DNA of 64,000 nucleotides from the human T2T-CHM13v2.0 reference genome, Homo sapiens, in assembly GCF_009914755.1 (NCBI RefSeq), contig NC_060932.1; one strand, given 5' to 3'. Made by a program: the position numbers and the translations under genes. Below, one piece after another: positions 14,748 to 29,624 of this stretch (position 1 is the stretch's first letter; the number at the start of each line of letters is the position of its first letter). The notes beneath the pieces are model-generated. The model made no database searches. It saw only the letters and a program-made list of their open reading frames with translations, and was not told where the DNA came from.

Positions 14748-15360
14748 AAGTCTACGTGAGATTTAATACCTTAACATTTTTACTTTTTATATTTAAATAT
14801 TATATCCATTTGGAATTTATTTTGATGTAAAATGTGATATAAGGAGTTTGCCTTTGTCTAGCCAGTTTTTCTTACATCATTTATTGAATAATACAGTTTT
14901 ATTATGCAGATTTGAAATTCCACTTTTATTGTTTTGTAAACTACCAGACCTGTATATTGACTCAATGTTGTAGCTTGATGTGTTTGTCTATTCCTGTCAG
15001 TACCGTATGTTTCAATAACTATCATTTTCTGATATATTTAAACTTCTCTCTCTTTACTCTTTTTTCAGATTTATTGACTTTTTAAATATTTTCTTTTTAA
15101 CATTTTCAAATTTTAAAAAATAATATTTAGTTTGCATCGAAAATACAGTTAGCATTTGTATTAGGTTCACACTGAATTAAGAGAATTAATAAACTATAAA
15201 ATCTGCATTTATGCTCATTTTATTTATTCCAGTTTTCATTTATATCCCTTAGTAGAATTTTTTAATACTAAATTATCTTTGTTATTTCTGAGGCTTTGAT
15301 GTATGACATCTTTTCTTCCATTAGTCTGATTCCATTTGTGTACAAAACAATGCTCCCTAA

Positions 15361-15701
<341 letters not shown>

Positions 15702-16348
15702 TATCTTATTTCTTAATGTTTCTAGTTGTTTATTTTTAATTATAGTCAAACCATCTGCAAAAAATGGTATTTGATTATTCCTTTCCAATATTTGTGTTCT
15801 TATTTCTTCTCTTATTTATTTCCATTGGCCAGCAGTTTTATTTTTGTAGTGTGGTATCCTTGTCTTATCTCTCCCATTAATAAAAGTCTTTGTAGTACCA
15901 TTGTATTCTCACTTCAGTTTTTGGGATGAGATATACAAGTTTTTAGTTACATCAGGGAAACATATTCCTATTTTTCTCTATCACTATTGTGGGTGTGGAG
16001 AGGCACAAAGGTACTTTTAACATATTGTTGAATTGTATCTGTATTTCTTTATTTGTGTTGATACTTACAGTGATATTTGCCTATAATTTTCCACTGTTGT
16101 GGAATCTTTTTTAATGTCTTTGTATGTCATATTGGCCAACACTTAGAAAATGATTTGAACTTACTTATTCCTTTATTCTTTCAGCAGAAATGACTTTACC
16201 ACTTAGCATAAAGTTTAGCATAAAGTATGACAAACTTTATTGTAGGTGCTAAGGATATGGACAGGAGTTAACAAAACAGTCATGCCCTCTCTTGCGGTTG
16301 AAATAGACAATTAACAATCAAATGTGTGCATATATATTTACATGTATA

Positions 16349-17238
16349 TAGTCATGCATCTCTTAACGACAGGGACGTGTTCTGAGAAATGCATCATTAA
16401 GTGATTTTGTCATTATGCGAACATCATAGAGTGTACTTATACACAAACCTAGATGGTCTGGGCTACTGTACACACCTAGGCTATATGGCATGGCCTATTG
16501 CTCCTAGGTCACAAACCTGCACAGCATATCGCTGTACTGAATACTGTAGGCAATTGTAACACAATGGTAAGTATTTGTGTATCTAAATTTATCGAAACAT
16601 AGAAAAGAAACAGTAAAAATACAGTATAAAATATTAAAAGGTACACCTGTATAGAGCACTTACCATGAATGGAGCTTGCAGGACTGGAAGTTGCTCTGGG
16701 TGAGTAAGTGAGTGAGTGAGTGAATGTGAAGGCCTAGGACATGACCGTGCACGGCTGCAGTCTTCACAAACACTGTACACTTAGGCTATGCTAAATTTAT
16801 AAAATATTTTTCTTTCTTTAATAAGAAATTAACCTTAGCTTATTGTAACTTTTTAACTTTATAAGCTTATTAATTTTTTCAACTTTTGATTCTTGTAATA
16901 ACTTAAAACACAAACACATTGTACAGCTACACAAAAATATCTCCTTTCTTTATATCCTTATTCCATAAGCAGTTTATTTTTTAATTTTTTTTTTTTTTTT
17001 TTTTTTACTTTTTAAACATTGTTGTTAAAAACTAAGATGCAAACACACCCATTAGCTTAGGCCTACCCAGGGCCAGGATCATCAATGTCATTGTCTTCCA
17101 CCTCCACATCCTGTCTCACTGGAAGGTCTCCAGGAGCAATAACAGGGATGGAGCTGTCATCTCCTAGGCTAACAATGCCTTCTTCTGGAACACTCTCTGA
17201 AGGACCTGCCTGAGGCTGTTTTTCAGTTAATTTTTTTT
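16349..17238 (+). mobile_element. Tigger3 (Tigger3b/MER7-like), 3'-truncated
   Basis: AGTCATGCATCTCTTAACGACAGGGACGTGTTCTGAGAAATGCATC...AACATCATAGAGTGTACTTA..CAAACCTAGATGG; no second terminal repeat seen. Confidence 0.85.
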
Positions 17239-18024
17239 AAAAGAAAATTTTTTGAGATTTTGTGATTTTCCCCACAAAATTCCCTCTGTGATTTCCCCAC
17301 CCTATCAGGGCTCCTTGAGACCCTTTTACCTGGCCCTCTGCTAAAAAGCGGAGGTTCTGACTTCTCCATGCTTTTGGAGTCTGCCAAACTGGGTCTACCT
17401 TGGGAGTAGAGAGGCTAGAGAATGGGGAGCAAGAAAAATAATGAGGATTGTTTTCTTCACTCTTTGGAACATAGGGTCCTCTGGTCAGAGGAAAGGGTTC
17501 TTTTCTCAGAGTTTTAGGTGACTGTATGGTGACAATGGTGTAAGAGTGCCCCTGATCATGACTGGGGTTTGCCTGGAGCCAGACAAGAGAGTTTTTATTG
17601 AAAACTTTAAAAAGTTTCCCTGCACACACCCTGCCATCTCTGTTCCACAGAGGTCCTTCTTTCTGACGTATGGCCAAAACAAGGAGGGTGGGGTTCTCTT
17701 GAATTTTGTCTGCTCATTACTACTGTGCCGTTCAGAGATTTGAGCTGCTCAGCCAGAGGATAACAGTGAACATAAATAACTGAAACAGGAAATTCACCAC
17801 TGTATAGGTAATTCTTCTAGTGTTTATTTTGGTCCCCAATTTACTTGTTATTATTTATTTTCAGGGCCCTCAGATAGTTGCTCTGTGTATTCTACCTTGG
17901 GTTTTTATTTGTAATTAGTGGCATAGGTAGAAGCAGTATGCTTAGTCCATTTTAGCCAGAACTAGAGCTGCACTGAGATGGACCCCACACTCATCCCCAG
18001 CCAATAACTTTTTATTGAAGAGGG

Positions 18025-18761
18025 TTTTTAAATTATTATTCTACTTTAAGTTCTTGGGTACATGTGCACAATGTGCAGGTTTGTTACATAGGTATACATG
18101 TGCCATGTTGGTTTTCTACACCCATCAACTCGTCATTTACATTAGGTATTTCTCCTAATGCTATCCCTCCCCTAGCCCCCAACCCATGACAGGCCCCAAT
18201 GTGTGATGTTACCCTCCTTGTGTCCATGTGTTCTCATTCTTCAACTCCCACTTATGAGTGAAAACATGCGGTGTTTGGTTTTCTCTTGTGTTACTTTGCT
18301 GAGAATGATGGTTTCCAGTTTCATCCATGTCCCTGCAAAGGACGTGAACTCATCCTTTTTTTATGGCTGCATAGTATTCCATGGTATATATGTGCCACAT
18401 TTGCTTAATCCAGTCTATCATTGATGGGCATTTGGGTTGGTTCCAAGACTTTGCTATTGTGAACAGTGCTGCAATAAACATACATGTGCATGTGTCTTTA
18501 TAGTAGAATGATTTATAATCCTTTAGGTATATACTCAGTAATGGGATTGGTGGGTCAAATGGTATTTCTAGTTCTAGATCCCGAGGAATCGCTGCACTGT
18601 CTTCCACAATGGTTGAAATAATTTACACTCCCACCAACAGTGTAAAAGCATTCCTATTTCTCCACATCCTCTCCAACATCTGTTGTTTCCTGACTTTTTA
18701 ATGATCACCATTCTAACTGGCATGAGATGGTATCTCATTGTGGTTTTGATTTGCATTTCTA
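18025..18761 (-). mobile_element. L1PA (about PA7/PA8) 3' end, 5'-truncated
   Basis: ORFs 18350-18607 and 18574-18795 give the ORF2 C-terminus ([20 protein letters not shown]); L1PA 3' UTR present. Confidence 0.93.
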
Positions 18762-21700
18762 AAGAGATTATTTTATAACAAGAGGGCAGAATCATAGTGC
18801 CTTTTCAGTTGTTTCTGTTATACCTCATAGATGGTGTTGCTTGCTGGGCTATAACCTCCAGCAAGCAAGTACTCGTAGAGTGCCACACACAAAAATGCCA
18901 TTTGGTAATGGCATTTTAATAAGAATCACATAATGGTCCTCTGTCAAGAGAGACATATCACTAGTTCGAGGCTCCTTCCATTTTTGTGTGGCCATGCATA
19001 AACTGCTTTCTAGTCTTCTATTTTCTCTATAGGTAACAAAGACATGGTTGTGTGGAAGAAGATGAGTAATTTCAAATAAAAAAGAAAAAATACCATTAAC
19101 CTAATTTTTACACTATTTTTATTCAGTATGCTAATATGTTACCTGTAGATAAGTTGGAAATTTTTAATGGTAACCAAACTTTCAAAGGCAAAACTAAAAT
19201 ATGTAGCGCCATAAAAAATAGTAAGAAATTACTTCCATTATAATTCATCCATGAAAATTTGGAAACAGAATATCATTTTTGTATATATCTATTCTGAATG
19301 GATGTGTGCATACACTCGTTAATGCTAGGGTTGCAGCTTGTGAGCCTGAGGGCAAGAAAAAAATCTCAGATAAACAATAGAAATGAACAACCATACCTTT
19401 GGTGTGGAAAGTGGAGAATAAGAAGTTAATCAGAGAGGAGACAGAGAGTGAAGAAGCTAACTCAATTTTCTTTAGAAGCTGAAAAAAATATGAAGACTTT
19501 GGGAAAATTAGGTAAAAATAGCAGCATATGAGAACCAGAGATCAGAAATGAAAAATCAGCCTTAGCGACAACTTTCTTGAGATCAAGAGGAACTCAATCA
19601 AAACTTGCCATTATACCTGAGGTGGAATAAGAGTGGCGTTAGGTGACAAAGCTTTCTTAGAGATCTTTGGAGAGAAGGACCAATGGTAGGGAAAACATAG
19701 AATCATGAAAATATGCTGGCAATCTGAACCAGGTAAGTACTTTACCGTTCCTCTAGGCTCTGACTATGTAGAGTACAATAATGTTTTCTGCATGAGGTAA
19801 GTGGCCTAAGATGATGTTTCAACTCCAGACATACTACATATGGTATAGGGGTAGTGGGGTGGGAAAGATGGAGGAGGGAGCTGGGCTATAATCTTCAGCA
19901 AGCGAGTACTCAAAGGGTGGTGGCTGCAGAGGGGCAGGAAAAACAGAGGTCCTGGATTCCTTGTACCTGCACATCTTCCTTTAAAGTGTTTATGAATAAC
20001 AGAACAGTAGTGGGAGATTATAAACACGTTCTACTTTCATCTTGCTTTTAAGTGTTACTTCTTGTTTTAAATTTAAAACTCTAGCATTAACTGGGAGAGG
20101 ATGATCAGAGAACTCTGTGTGATTTTGGTTATAACACTATGCTTTTCAAATTATACACATTTTACAAGAAGATAAATGACTGAACATAGGCTATAGGTAG
20201 TCTTCCAAATATAACACTTTATTAACTATTACAGGAATGCTTTCCACTTTGATAATGGAATATTAAATAATGTAATTGTTAGTAATTATTAGTAACAATA
20301 GCTGTTAGTATTTAGAATTTGAGGTCTTATTAAAAGATTTTCTAAAAATGGAGGCTCTAAGAGATGAATCTGTAGCCATAAGCTAAAGCAAAAAGAGTAC
20401 GATGGGATGGCCATATATTGGGAAATTCACGGTAAATTACTACCACACAAAGTAGTGCAACTAGGAAGATGCATTATTTTTTTCTATCAAAAATATGCTT
20501 TGTTCTGCATTGCAACATGGAATATCTCACTGTCAAGAAAACAAAGACCACTGGGTTTGTCCCAGCTGTGTACTTAACAAAGCCCCACAGCTGCTTTTTT
20601 AAAAGATCTTTTGTGGTAAACTATTTAGAAGGGGGTGAAGGAGAGAGAGAAAGAGAGAGAGATTTTTACAAAACATTCTGATTCATGCTCTCCCCAATCC
20701 TTTCTCCACCTCAGACAATCTTAGTCCATTATCAGAAGGTAAAGAAACCAAAGTTTTGCAACTAGAATTTTAATAAAGGTTGTGGACTTTTGAGTCCATC
20801 ACTAAGGCAAAGATAGAGCCGGAAGAGAGGGAGCAGAAGTGAAGCACCTGAGCAGTTCTTCTCCTGGACTTCCTCCACATCCCTCCTCCCGCAAGTCAGA
20901 AACTTGGCTTGGCAGCACGGATAACTGTTAGAGCGGCCACTGTGACCCAGCCTGGTGGTGGAGGGGGGTGAGGTGGGGTCAAAAGAGCCCGCTCATGTGT
21001 CAGTGGGAATTGACACAGTGACCGCTGCCTCATTCCTATAATCTTGGCTACCAGAGATATCCCAGAATTTTTGGGCTATTCAAGGTTATTGACCACACAA
21101 CATCCAAAGAGTAATAAAACAAAAAAAAACATAAATACCCTAAGAGTTTCAAAATGTTGATGAGAAGATCCATAGAAATGTTAGACGATTACCTTGTCGC
21201 TAACACTGGCATCGCTATATAGCTTTTAATGTAAACCAAAAGCAAGTAATATTCCAGAATATTCCAAATGGCCCTGACAGCTTGGTCCCCAACCCCACAC
21301 CCCCCAAGAGAACCCTTTGAAGCAGGTTTCCTGTTGCTGCTCCTTTCGCTCCTTGACTAAACTGTGAAACATGAGCTCAGTGATTTCTGGTCCATGCTGT
21401 TTATTTCATGCTTTCACATTGGAAACAATAATTTCCTGACCCTCTCCTCTTTCATTCTTATGTGAGGGTGAATAAAATAAAGACTTTGGCAATCTTGGAT
21501 CTCAATCTACCTCCAGAAGACCAACAGTACTAGATTTTATAAAATATGCAGGAGCTTTACCTCTGCTTTTTGCAAACAGCTTTGCTTGTTATCAATCTGT
21601 CCTATTGAAAAATGTGGCTGACATCATCTTTTGCCTTATATTTATGCTAGGCAGTACTTTCTTTGAAGGACCTAGAAACTTAATAGTCAGAACATGGGGA

Positions 21701-24700
21701 TTTCAAATAAACCTGATTGTTTCCCCCACATACTGGTAGCTCCTTCTGGCCTGTATAGCACCCTACTGCACCTCCAGTAGAAAGTGGTCAAAATCTTGAA
21801 GACAGGTGCAACAAATCACAGAACCTCTCTCTTTTTGCTATGTAGGCAACTCTGTTTGGCAAATGGCAATGGCAGAGGAGTAAAAGTGGGAGAAAATGAA
21901 AGCAATGGCTGAAGAACGTCAAAAAAAAATTGTTCGTGTCCTTCTGCTCCTCACTTTCCTTGACAATCAAAATGTGGGCTCATGTAACTTCTTTTTAATC
22001 TCAATAGCAATTGTATAATGCCTCAAGACAGAGTTTAAAATTCCTTTTTACATGAAGGAACTTAATTAACAGATATCCTACTCTCAGAGGAATCAAAAAT
22101 ATTAATACCATTCCAAATATTTTGTATGTTTATATTAGAATCTTATCCATAAAGTAATATGATAGCAAAATTCACAGAAAAATTACTTACAAACGTATGA
22201 CTGAATTTATTTTAAAATGAGGCTTGTAAAAAATAGAATATTACTTATTTACCGAATTAGTTTGATTTCTTTCTAGATGGAGAAATTTGGAATGTGTTTC
22301 CTGCTTATATTTAAAATTGTGGAAGCTAAATAGAATTTTCTAAATTACTTACCAATGTGAGTTATCCATTTTTTATCATCAAAAACATTTTTGTTTTGCA
22401 CAGTTTTTGTCTTGCATGATATAACTACCTAAGCTTTACATAGACTTTAAATTGGAAAGGTGACAGCAATGACTTATAAGATTGATTGAGCCATTATTTT
22501 ACTCACAATTTATGTAACATTATGTATCCAGAATTTCAGGAAACTGCAAAGGAATCGGACATACATCCTTTCTTCAACAAACTAAGAGACTAGTAAAGGA
22601 GAAGACATTTACATAAATAACTTTGGTAGAAAATGAAAGAATACATGACTAGAAAAATGATACACACACTGTTATATTTGTGAAGGGCTCATAAGCAAAT
22701 GGTTTCTTTTAAATGGTTTTCACATGTGATTTATTGAGGAAAGGCCACTTTAAAATAGAATTATATAATTGGAAAAGAAGAGTTAGTCATGTTCACTCCA
22801 TAGGGAGGTAATTTGAAAGACTAAATCTTTTAAACCATATATAGAACCTCAATAACATATGTGCCCATCTAAAGTTTTATATGAAACCCATATCTATATT
22901 TTATAAACAACTCTAAAACTTACAAATAAAATTCCTCAAAGAAGAGTTTCAACAAAATATACCTTTTAGATAGCTATAAGAAAAAAATCGTATTAATTTG
23001 AATAGATATATATTATAGGAGAGAAGGTTCTTTTATTGCAAAACACTTAGGATAAAGAAAGACTTCATATGGGAGCAATAGTTTCAGTGAGTGGTAAAAT
23101 TGTGTACAATCTAAGCATAAAAAGATAGAGAAAGGTAGTCCTGAAGAACGTAAACAGCAAAGACATGATGCAAGGAAGTATGGGCATGTGTGGAAATGCT
23201 GTATATGTGTGTTTGTACCTGAAGGGGAATATGATAGATTCAGTATGAAGGTTGAGATCACATTGTAGAAGGGGTATACTATTCCTGGGATGGCAGTGGT
23301 AAACCATTAAAGTGTTTGCACAGATGAGTACATGATATTGGAGTTGTTCCTTAGGGAATAGTAAACTAACTGCAGTATTTTAAATGCAGGAGAGTGTGGG
23401 GACTTATGAAAACGTTACTATACTAGTCCAGGTGGAGACTGATGATTAAACATTGAGTGACTAAATAAAAGTCATAGCAGTAGGAAGAGAAAGAAATGGA
23501 TGATTACATGACTGTATCCTAGTGACAAAAGTACATGAGACCATGAGAAAAACTTTACCTCCTCCACTTATTTTCCCTAGAAATACAAAAACGATCCTTG
23601 TTTTGGAAGACTTTTGAACAAATACTGAGCCATCTCGAATGATGGACCAAGTGAATCTTGAAAACAGCTCTCATTATCATACCACATTGATTTGAGTTTC
23701 TTCTTGTTCTTGCAGAAAAAGTTCAAAGTCATGTACTCAGAGTACTTTCAACAGTATTGTGCAAGTGTCGAGTTGACTAAATGCACATATTTCCATCTGA
23801 TGTCAAACATGCTGCCAAACCTTAATTTTACAATGAGACTACAGTTTGCCAAACAGAAAATCAGAGCACCACAGCTCCTCTGAATTCCAGGGTGCCAGTT
23901 GAACTGTGGACACATACTTGTCCTAGTGCTAGAATTAAGGAGTGCTCCACTAGGGCCATTTGGTTCACAGGATGAATAAGCCTGTTTATGTGACCTGATA
24001 TCTTTATGGCAGTGATTTACTTCACTGTCTCTTCAAATTAAGTTTCAGGGAACCTACTTTTCTTTATGTCAGTTGTTCTTGCTGAAGTCTAAATAAAGGA
24101 AATTTAACCTAATCAAACTATAGACTGAAAATAAACAAGAAAGGGGAAAAGCAAGCAGCCTATGTTACTGGAATTCCAAGGGCTCTTTTAGTTTGGCCAA
24201 CACTACTTCTATTAGGGAGCCTCCAGTGGGATCATCGGTAAATGTATAAACAAAAGCCAAGTACTATCAAGTAATTGTCTGGAAATATCAGAATATTTCC
24301 ATCTTATTTAGGAAGAAAGCACTCACTGGTGTCAGTGAGCATAACAGAACAGTGAGGAAATTCACATTGGCATGGAATGGCTTTTCCCCATTAAGCCATA
24401 AAGAGCAGGCTGAGTTATGTTCATGCCTTGCCAAACACGTTTCAGCTGAAGTCAAGAAAGTGGAAAGTGCTTGGGTATTTCATTGTTTAATGAAGAACAC
24501 CAGATATATAGAGAGACATGCAAAAGGCAGGAATTTATTGACTGACAAACACGCTCAAATGGAAATAGGGAACCAGAGGACTGGCCAGAGAATAGATTTT
24601 CCTGTAATAGTTTGCAACTGAAAGTTCCTGGAAAAGACCACCCTCCCAGAGAATGGAGAGCTACTCATGTGTGCATGGCAGAGGTAATCTGAATAGCCCA

Positions 24701-25049
24701 AATTTTCAAACCAGACGATTTAGGGAATTATATGACTGGAATTTTAAAGCCTGCGATTCTACTCCTTATATCACAAAGCCGTGTATTTCTTATCCTGTAA
24801 TCTTTTATGTATGAAGTTCCACAAAAAATGTTTAATGAAAATTGTTCTTTTTTTAACTTTTGAGATCTTCTCATTAATTTGAAGTAACTGGGAGGTTTGT
24901 GAATTATCAAATTGTCTGCATCATAGAATGTTTCTAAACCAGTTATCATATAGAAAGAGACAGAGAGAGAATCCGTCACTTGAGGGAAGAAAAAAGAGAA
25001 CTAATTTAGCAGTATTTTTCAAATATAATTAATTTACATCTCAGAGTAG

Positions 25050-25540
25050 TCCATTGTGGTTGACATTTTTTCACCCCATTTTGTATATGGGAAAGAGAGA
25101 CTGAGAGGGTTAAATAAATCATCCAAGGTCACACAGATAGAAGAAGCTCAAAAGTGAGCTATTTTTCACTTAGAGATCTCTGACTCTTCTGGACCCCTAG
25201 TGTTCCCCACCACAAGGTCAGCATGCCAAAAGCTGATAAGAAAAGCTTATCAATTCAAATTAGCCTAATGATTGGATGTGATTTATTTCTCACTGTTATT
25301 CCAATGGTTATATGCAAGTAGACAGCATGATTCACAATTTATGTTATTCTGTGTTTGAAGATATCTTTTCCAGTCCTGTCACAGCTTAGCTTTGTGACCT
25401 TAGTCAAGTTACTTAATCTCTCTGAGATTCACTTTCTGCACGTGTGAAATGGAGGCAATAAAATCGACCTCATGGATGATTATATTCAGTGAGCTAATCT
25501 ACGTAAACACTAAGCATGGTGTCTGTCATATAGTGATGAT
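25050..25540. mobile_element. Two MIR fragments in opposite orientation
   Basis: CCCCATTTT..GAGACTGAGAG..CCAAGGTCACACAG (minus) and TGTGACCTTAGTCAAGTTACTTAATCTCTCTGAG (plus). Confidence 0.65.
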
Positions 25541-26279
25541 CAGCCAAGGCCAGTGATTATAACCAACTAGGTTATACGACCTTAACAAACAGCCACCAAA
25601 ATATCAGAGTTTAATTTATCATTGACTTTGATATCAATCATTGGTCAGCTAAGCTCTAAATTCAGCTTACTCAAGGTCCCAAGATGAAGGAAACTTCATT
25701 TCAGTATGACACGTGCTTCCTTGGTCAGTAAGGGAAATAAAAATAATGACTCATACACTGGTTCTTAAAACTTTCACCTGAAAATGAAACATGGTACTTC
25801 TGCTCACATTTCACTAGTCAAAGAAGGTTGTATGTCTCTACCAAATTCACAGGGGGTCAATGTGCCCAGAGCCAGTCACCATAATGATTTAAAATGATTT
25901 ATACCATTAGCTTGCAAAAAGGAATGCAAACCTAAATCCTCTTTAGTAAGCATTATTTAGTCAAATCATTATTAATGAAATCCTATCATCTTAGCAAATA
26001 CAAAATCTCTTACTATCCAGATTTATTCATTTCCAAGTTCAATTACCAAAGGATTAGAACTGAAAAATCAGTACGGGAAATCAAAAGAGACACTGCCCTA
26101 AACTGAAGACATTCTTTCTCCTACGTACTCTTCATGCAGATATCCCAGGTATAAGAATTTTTCTATATTTCCCTCTCTCTCTCTCTCTCTCTCTACCTCT
26201 TCCATTGCTATCTCTTCCCTCTTCTTCTCTCCCCTTGCATACATTATACATACATATGTGTGTGCATATATATATACAT

Positions 26280-27438
26280 TTTTTCATTTTTTAATTGTTC
26301 AAAAGCTGGAGATATAATGCCCCATTACCTCTAAGTATTTTAGTATACATTTTTACACACACAAAAGCATGCTGTTATATAATTAAAGTATAATCATAAA
26401 CATGAGGAAATCAACACCAATAAAATAATACCATCCAGTTCATAGGCCCCATTCAGATTGTGTGGATTGCATCAATAGTATTATTTATAAGCTCTTTCCC
26501 TTCTGGTTCAGGATCCAATCATTTAGTTGTCGCATCCCTTTAACCTCGTAAATTGTAACAGTTCCTCAGGGTTTTATTTTTTCCCTGAATTTCATGATCT
26601 GAACATTTTTTGAGGCATATAGATGAGTTACTTTGTAGAACATTCCTCATTTGGGGTTTGTTTGATATTTTCTAGATTCAGGTTATGCATTTTTTGGCAG
26701 GAGCACCCCAGAAAATCCTGTATTCTTCTCATTATATTATTTCAATAGATGCATGTGATGTTGGTTTTATGCTTGGTTAGCCAAGTGTCTGCCAGATTTC
26801 TACAATTTAAGAATAATTAATGATGTTTTTGCATTTCAAATATTTTAATAAGTACTTAAGGAAAAGATACTTTATAACTATTTAATTATTCTACTACCTA
26901 TCAAACACTCACAAGAGGGTTTGAGTATGTTTTCATAATTTTTGTCTGAATCAGTTGTTACCATGAGGTAGCCAAAGCCAGTCATTTTTAAAATCAATCA
27001 TTTCTTATTAGTTGGCATACTACCTTCAGATAGAGTTTTTTCCTTCACTTATTCATTCTTTCACTCAGATCAGCATGTACTTACAGATTCCAGTTTTCCA
27101 ATTGGTTATAATCCTTTACTATCATACTTTTTACAATGCTAATTTATTTCTAGATTTGGCTAATAAAAGCACCCCTAAGCTGGTTTCTTGGTATTTCCAC
27201 ATCATTCTTTAAGCAATTCCTATTTTTTTCACACAAAAAGGTGTTCAAGGTTCTTGTACATTTTTTTTTTTGCTCTGAATCTGAGATCAGTTGTTTCTCC
27301 AGGAGTCCCTGTTTCCTTTTGTGGCGAAATAATATTTACAAAACAACATCTGGCTTCTCAGTGTGCTCATTGCTACTGTGGTGTCATTGCTTTCTAGTCT
27401 GTCTCAGAGAATAGAGGATAGAACCAGGAAACACACTC

Positions 27439-27469
<31 letters not shown>

Positions 27470-27650
27470 CCACATACACACTTACAAATTTACTCACCTG
27501 TGCATCTTTTTCTATATCCACTTATCTATATATATATATAATAAAAATTGTGAATTCACACCAATACCGTCAATTCCAGCTGAACCTCAAAGAGTCTATC
27601 CTGTTTCCTTCACCTCACTTCTTCTTATATATTGTACACCAGTGTCCATT
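26280..27650 (-). mobile_element. Old L1M (L1MC-like) 3' region with (CA)n near 27438-27465
   Basis: Degenerate similarity to recalled L1MC 3' ends; boundaries approximate. Confidence 0.5.
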
Positions 27651-29556
27651 GTTCCTGCCCCAGGTCCCTGAGGTGCCTGAAGACTGTGTTTTTATCATAA
27701 AACAATTTGCAAATTATAGTAAGAATTGAAATATTTCTTTCATGGTATGGTCTAACTTTATTCGCAACAAAAACAAGTAATATATTTATGGAATAACCAC
27801 TGAGCTGGAGATGGCAGAAGACTTTCAGGTATAAATAACGATTTGTGTGCCTATAAATTTACAAAATAGCACAGGAAATAGTTTCTTAGTAAAATTTTTG
27901 GTCCTTTTGTTCCAGAATTACACATAATAAGGTCTACATTAAAATGTGGAGAATACATGAAGTTCTCTTATTAGCATTGAATTGATTTCACTAATTTTTT
28001 ATATATGTATATATGTAAAAAAAAATCTACAATGGGACTTTTGATTCCAGCCAAGATGGAGTAGACTTCACTCCTCCCAGGTTGTCTCTTGAAAAATTAT
28101 AAAAACTCCAGATATACTACAACAAACAAGTATAGAAAGACATTGAAAAGTGAAAAGACAATAGACTGCCTAGGGACCTCAGGACTTGAGGAGCAACACA
28201 GTGGTGAGTCACCTCAGTTTTCCTAATTGCCTCCTATATATCCTAGACAGAACACTGCAGAAGCCTTCAACTGCAAACTGCCAACAGACACTCAAAACAA
28301 CACACAAGATTTCTAGAGTATTCTATTCCCTCTCGCCAAGGCGTAAGGAAAAGGTGACCTATCAACAGAAAACATTTTTGGCCCAACTACATCCAACCAT
28401 TAACAGAAAATCCTTCTTCAATCCCCATGGTTTCAGTGGAAATGAGCAAGGAAGTAATCTTCCACTTTACCCCTCCACCCTGTGAAAACAAGCAGTGATG
28501 CACCCTTTCCTCCACTGGGTGATACCACTCTTTCTATGTAGGGACCTGAACCTCTGCCCCCACTCAACATGAAGACTGGAAAACGTGTTGCAAGTCAGGA
28601 CTAGTTAACGTTCCTGGCGTCAGCAGACTCAGGAGGGAGCTGAACACCTGTGTGTATCCAGCAGCAAGAAGACTGAATGAAGAGGTACAGTACCATACTA
28701 CTCCACTTTCCCCCACCATGGTGTCAGCAGGGGATGGTGGGAAGCTGAGCCTTCATCTTCATCAGGTATCAATAAGGCAGAACGAAGTGGTGGGAGGCAG
28801 GATCAGTTAGCGCTCCACTTACCACTGGTGTGATCAGAAACTAGTGGTGAGCTAAATTTCTAACCCACTTCTGCAGCAAAAAAGGGGTAAAGCTAAGTAT
28901 AAATATCCATCTGACTCTCACATTCACACTACACATCAACAGGGCAATTGCTTCAAAAAAAAAAAAAAAGGATAAATAGAATCCTTAGTTTCATAATCTA
29001 ATACCCAAAATGTCCAGCATACAGTAAGAAACTCACAGGAAAATTACAACTTGAGTGAGAAAAGACAACAGACAGCAGCACCCAAGTGAATCAGATGTTG
29101 GAAATAAGTGATAAGGATTTTAAAGCAGTAATTACAAAAATATTTCATGTGGCAATGACAAATTCCCCTGACACAAATTTAAGAAACAAAAAGTCTGAGT
29201 GGACAAACAACAGTTATACAAAAAGAACCAAATGGAAATTATAGAACTAAAAAATATAACAATAATACAACCTGATGATTGGGTTTAATCACAGAATGGA
29301 GATGACAGATCGAATCAATGAATTTGAAAACAGATCTATAGAATTTTTCCACTCTTAACTATAGAGAGAAAATAGACTGAGAAAAAATTAACAGAATATC
29401 AAGAACCTGTGAACAATACCAAAAGATCTAGCATGCATATTATCAAAGGCCCAGAAGGAGATTTAAAAAAAGAACATTATTGAAAAAGTATTCCATGAAA
29501 TGATGACTGAAAAGTTCTCAAATTTGCAGAGTAGAGTTTTGCAGTCCTTGGGTTTT

Positions 29557-29624
29557 CAGAAATTAAGTATAGTCTACTTACTAAGGGCTTTGAAGGCTCT
29601 TGGTCTTGTTTAACCTAAATTTCT
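29557..29624 (-). tRNA. MT-TW: Mitochondrial tRNA-Trp copy (pseudo), anticodon UCA
   Basis: 68 nt; acceptor stem AGAAATT/AATTTCT; anticodon arm AGAGC-CTTCAAA-GCCCT. Confidence 0.9.

Noticed and set aside
19725-19805. Two consensus plus-strand donors (CAG/GTAAGT, GAG/GTAAGT)
   Set aside because: No convincing acceptor or coding frame; cannot support an exon from sequence alone
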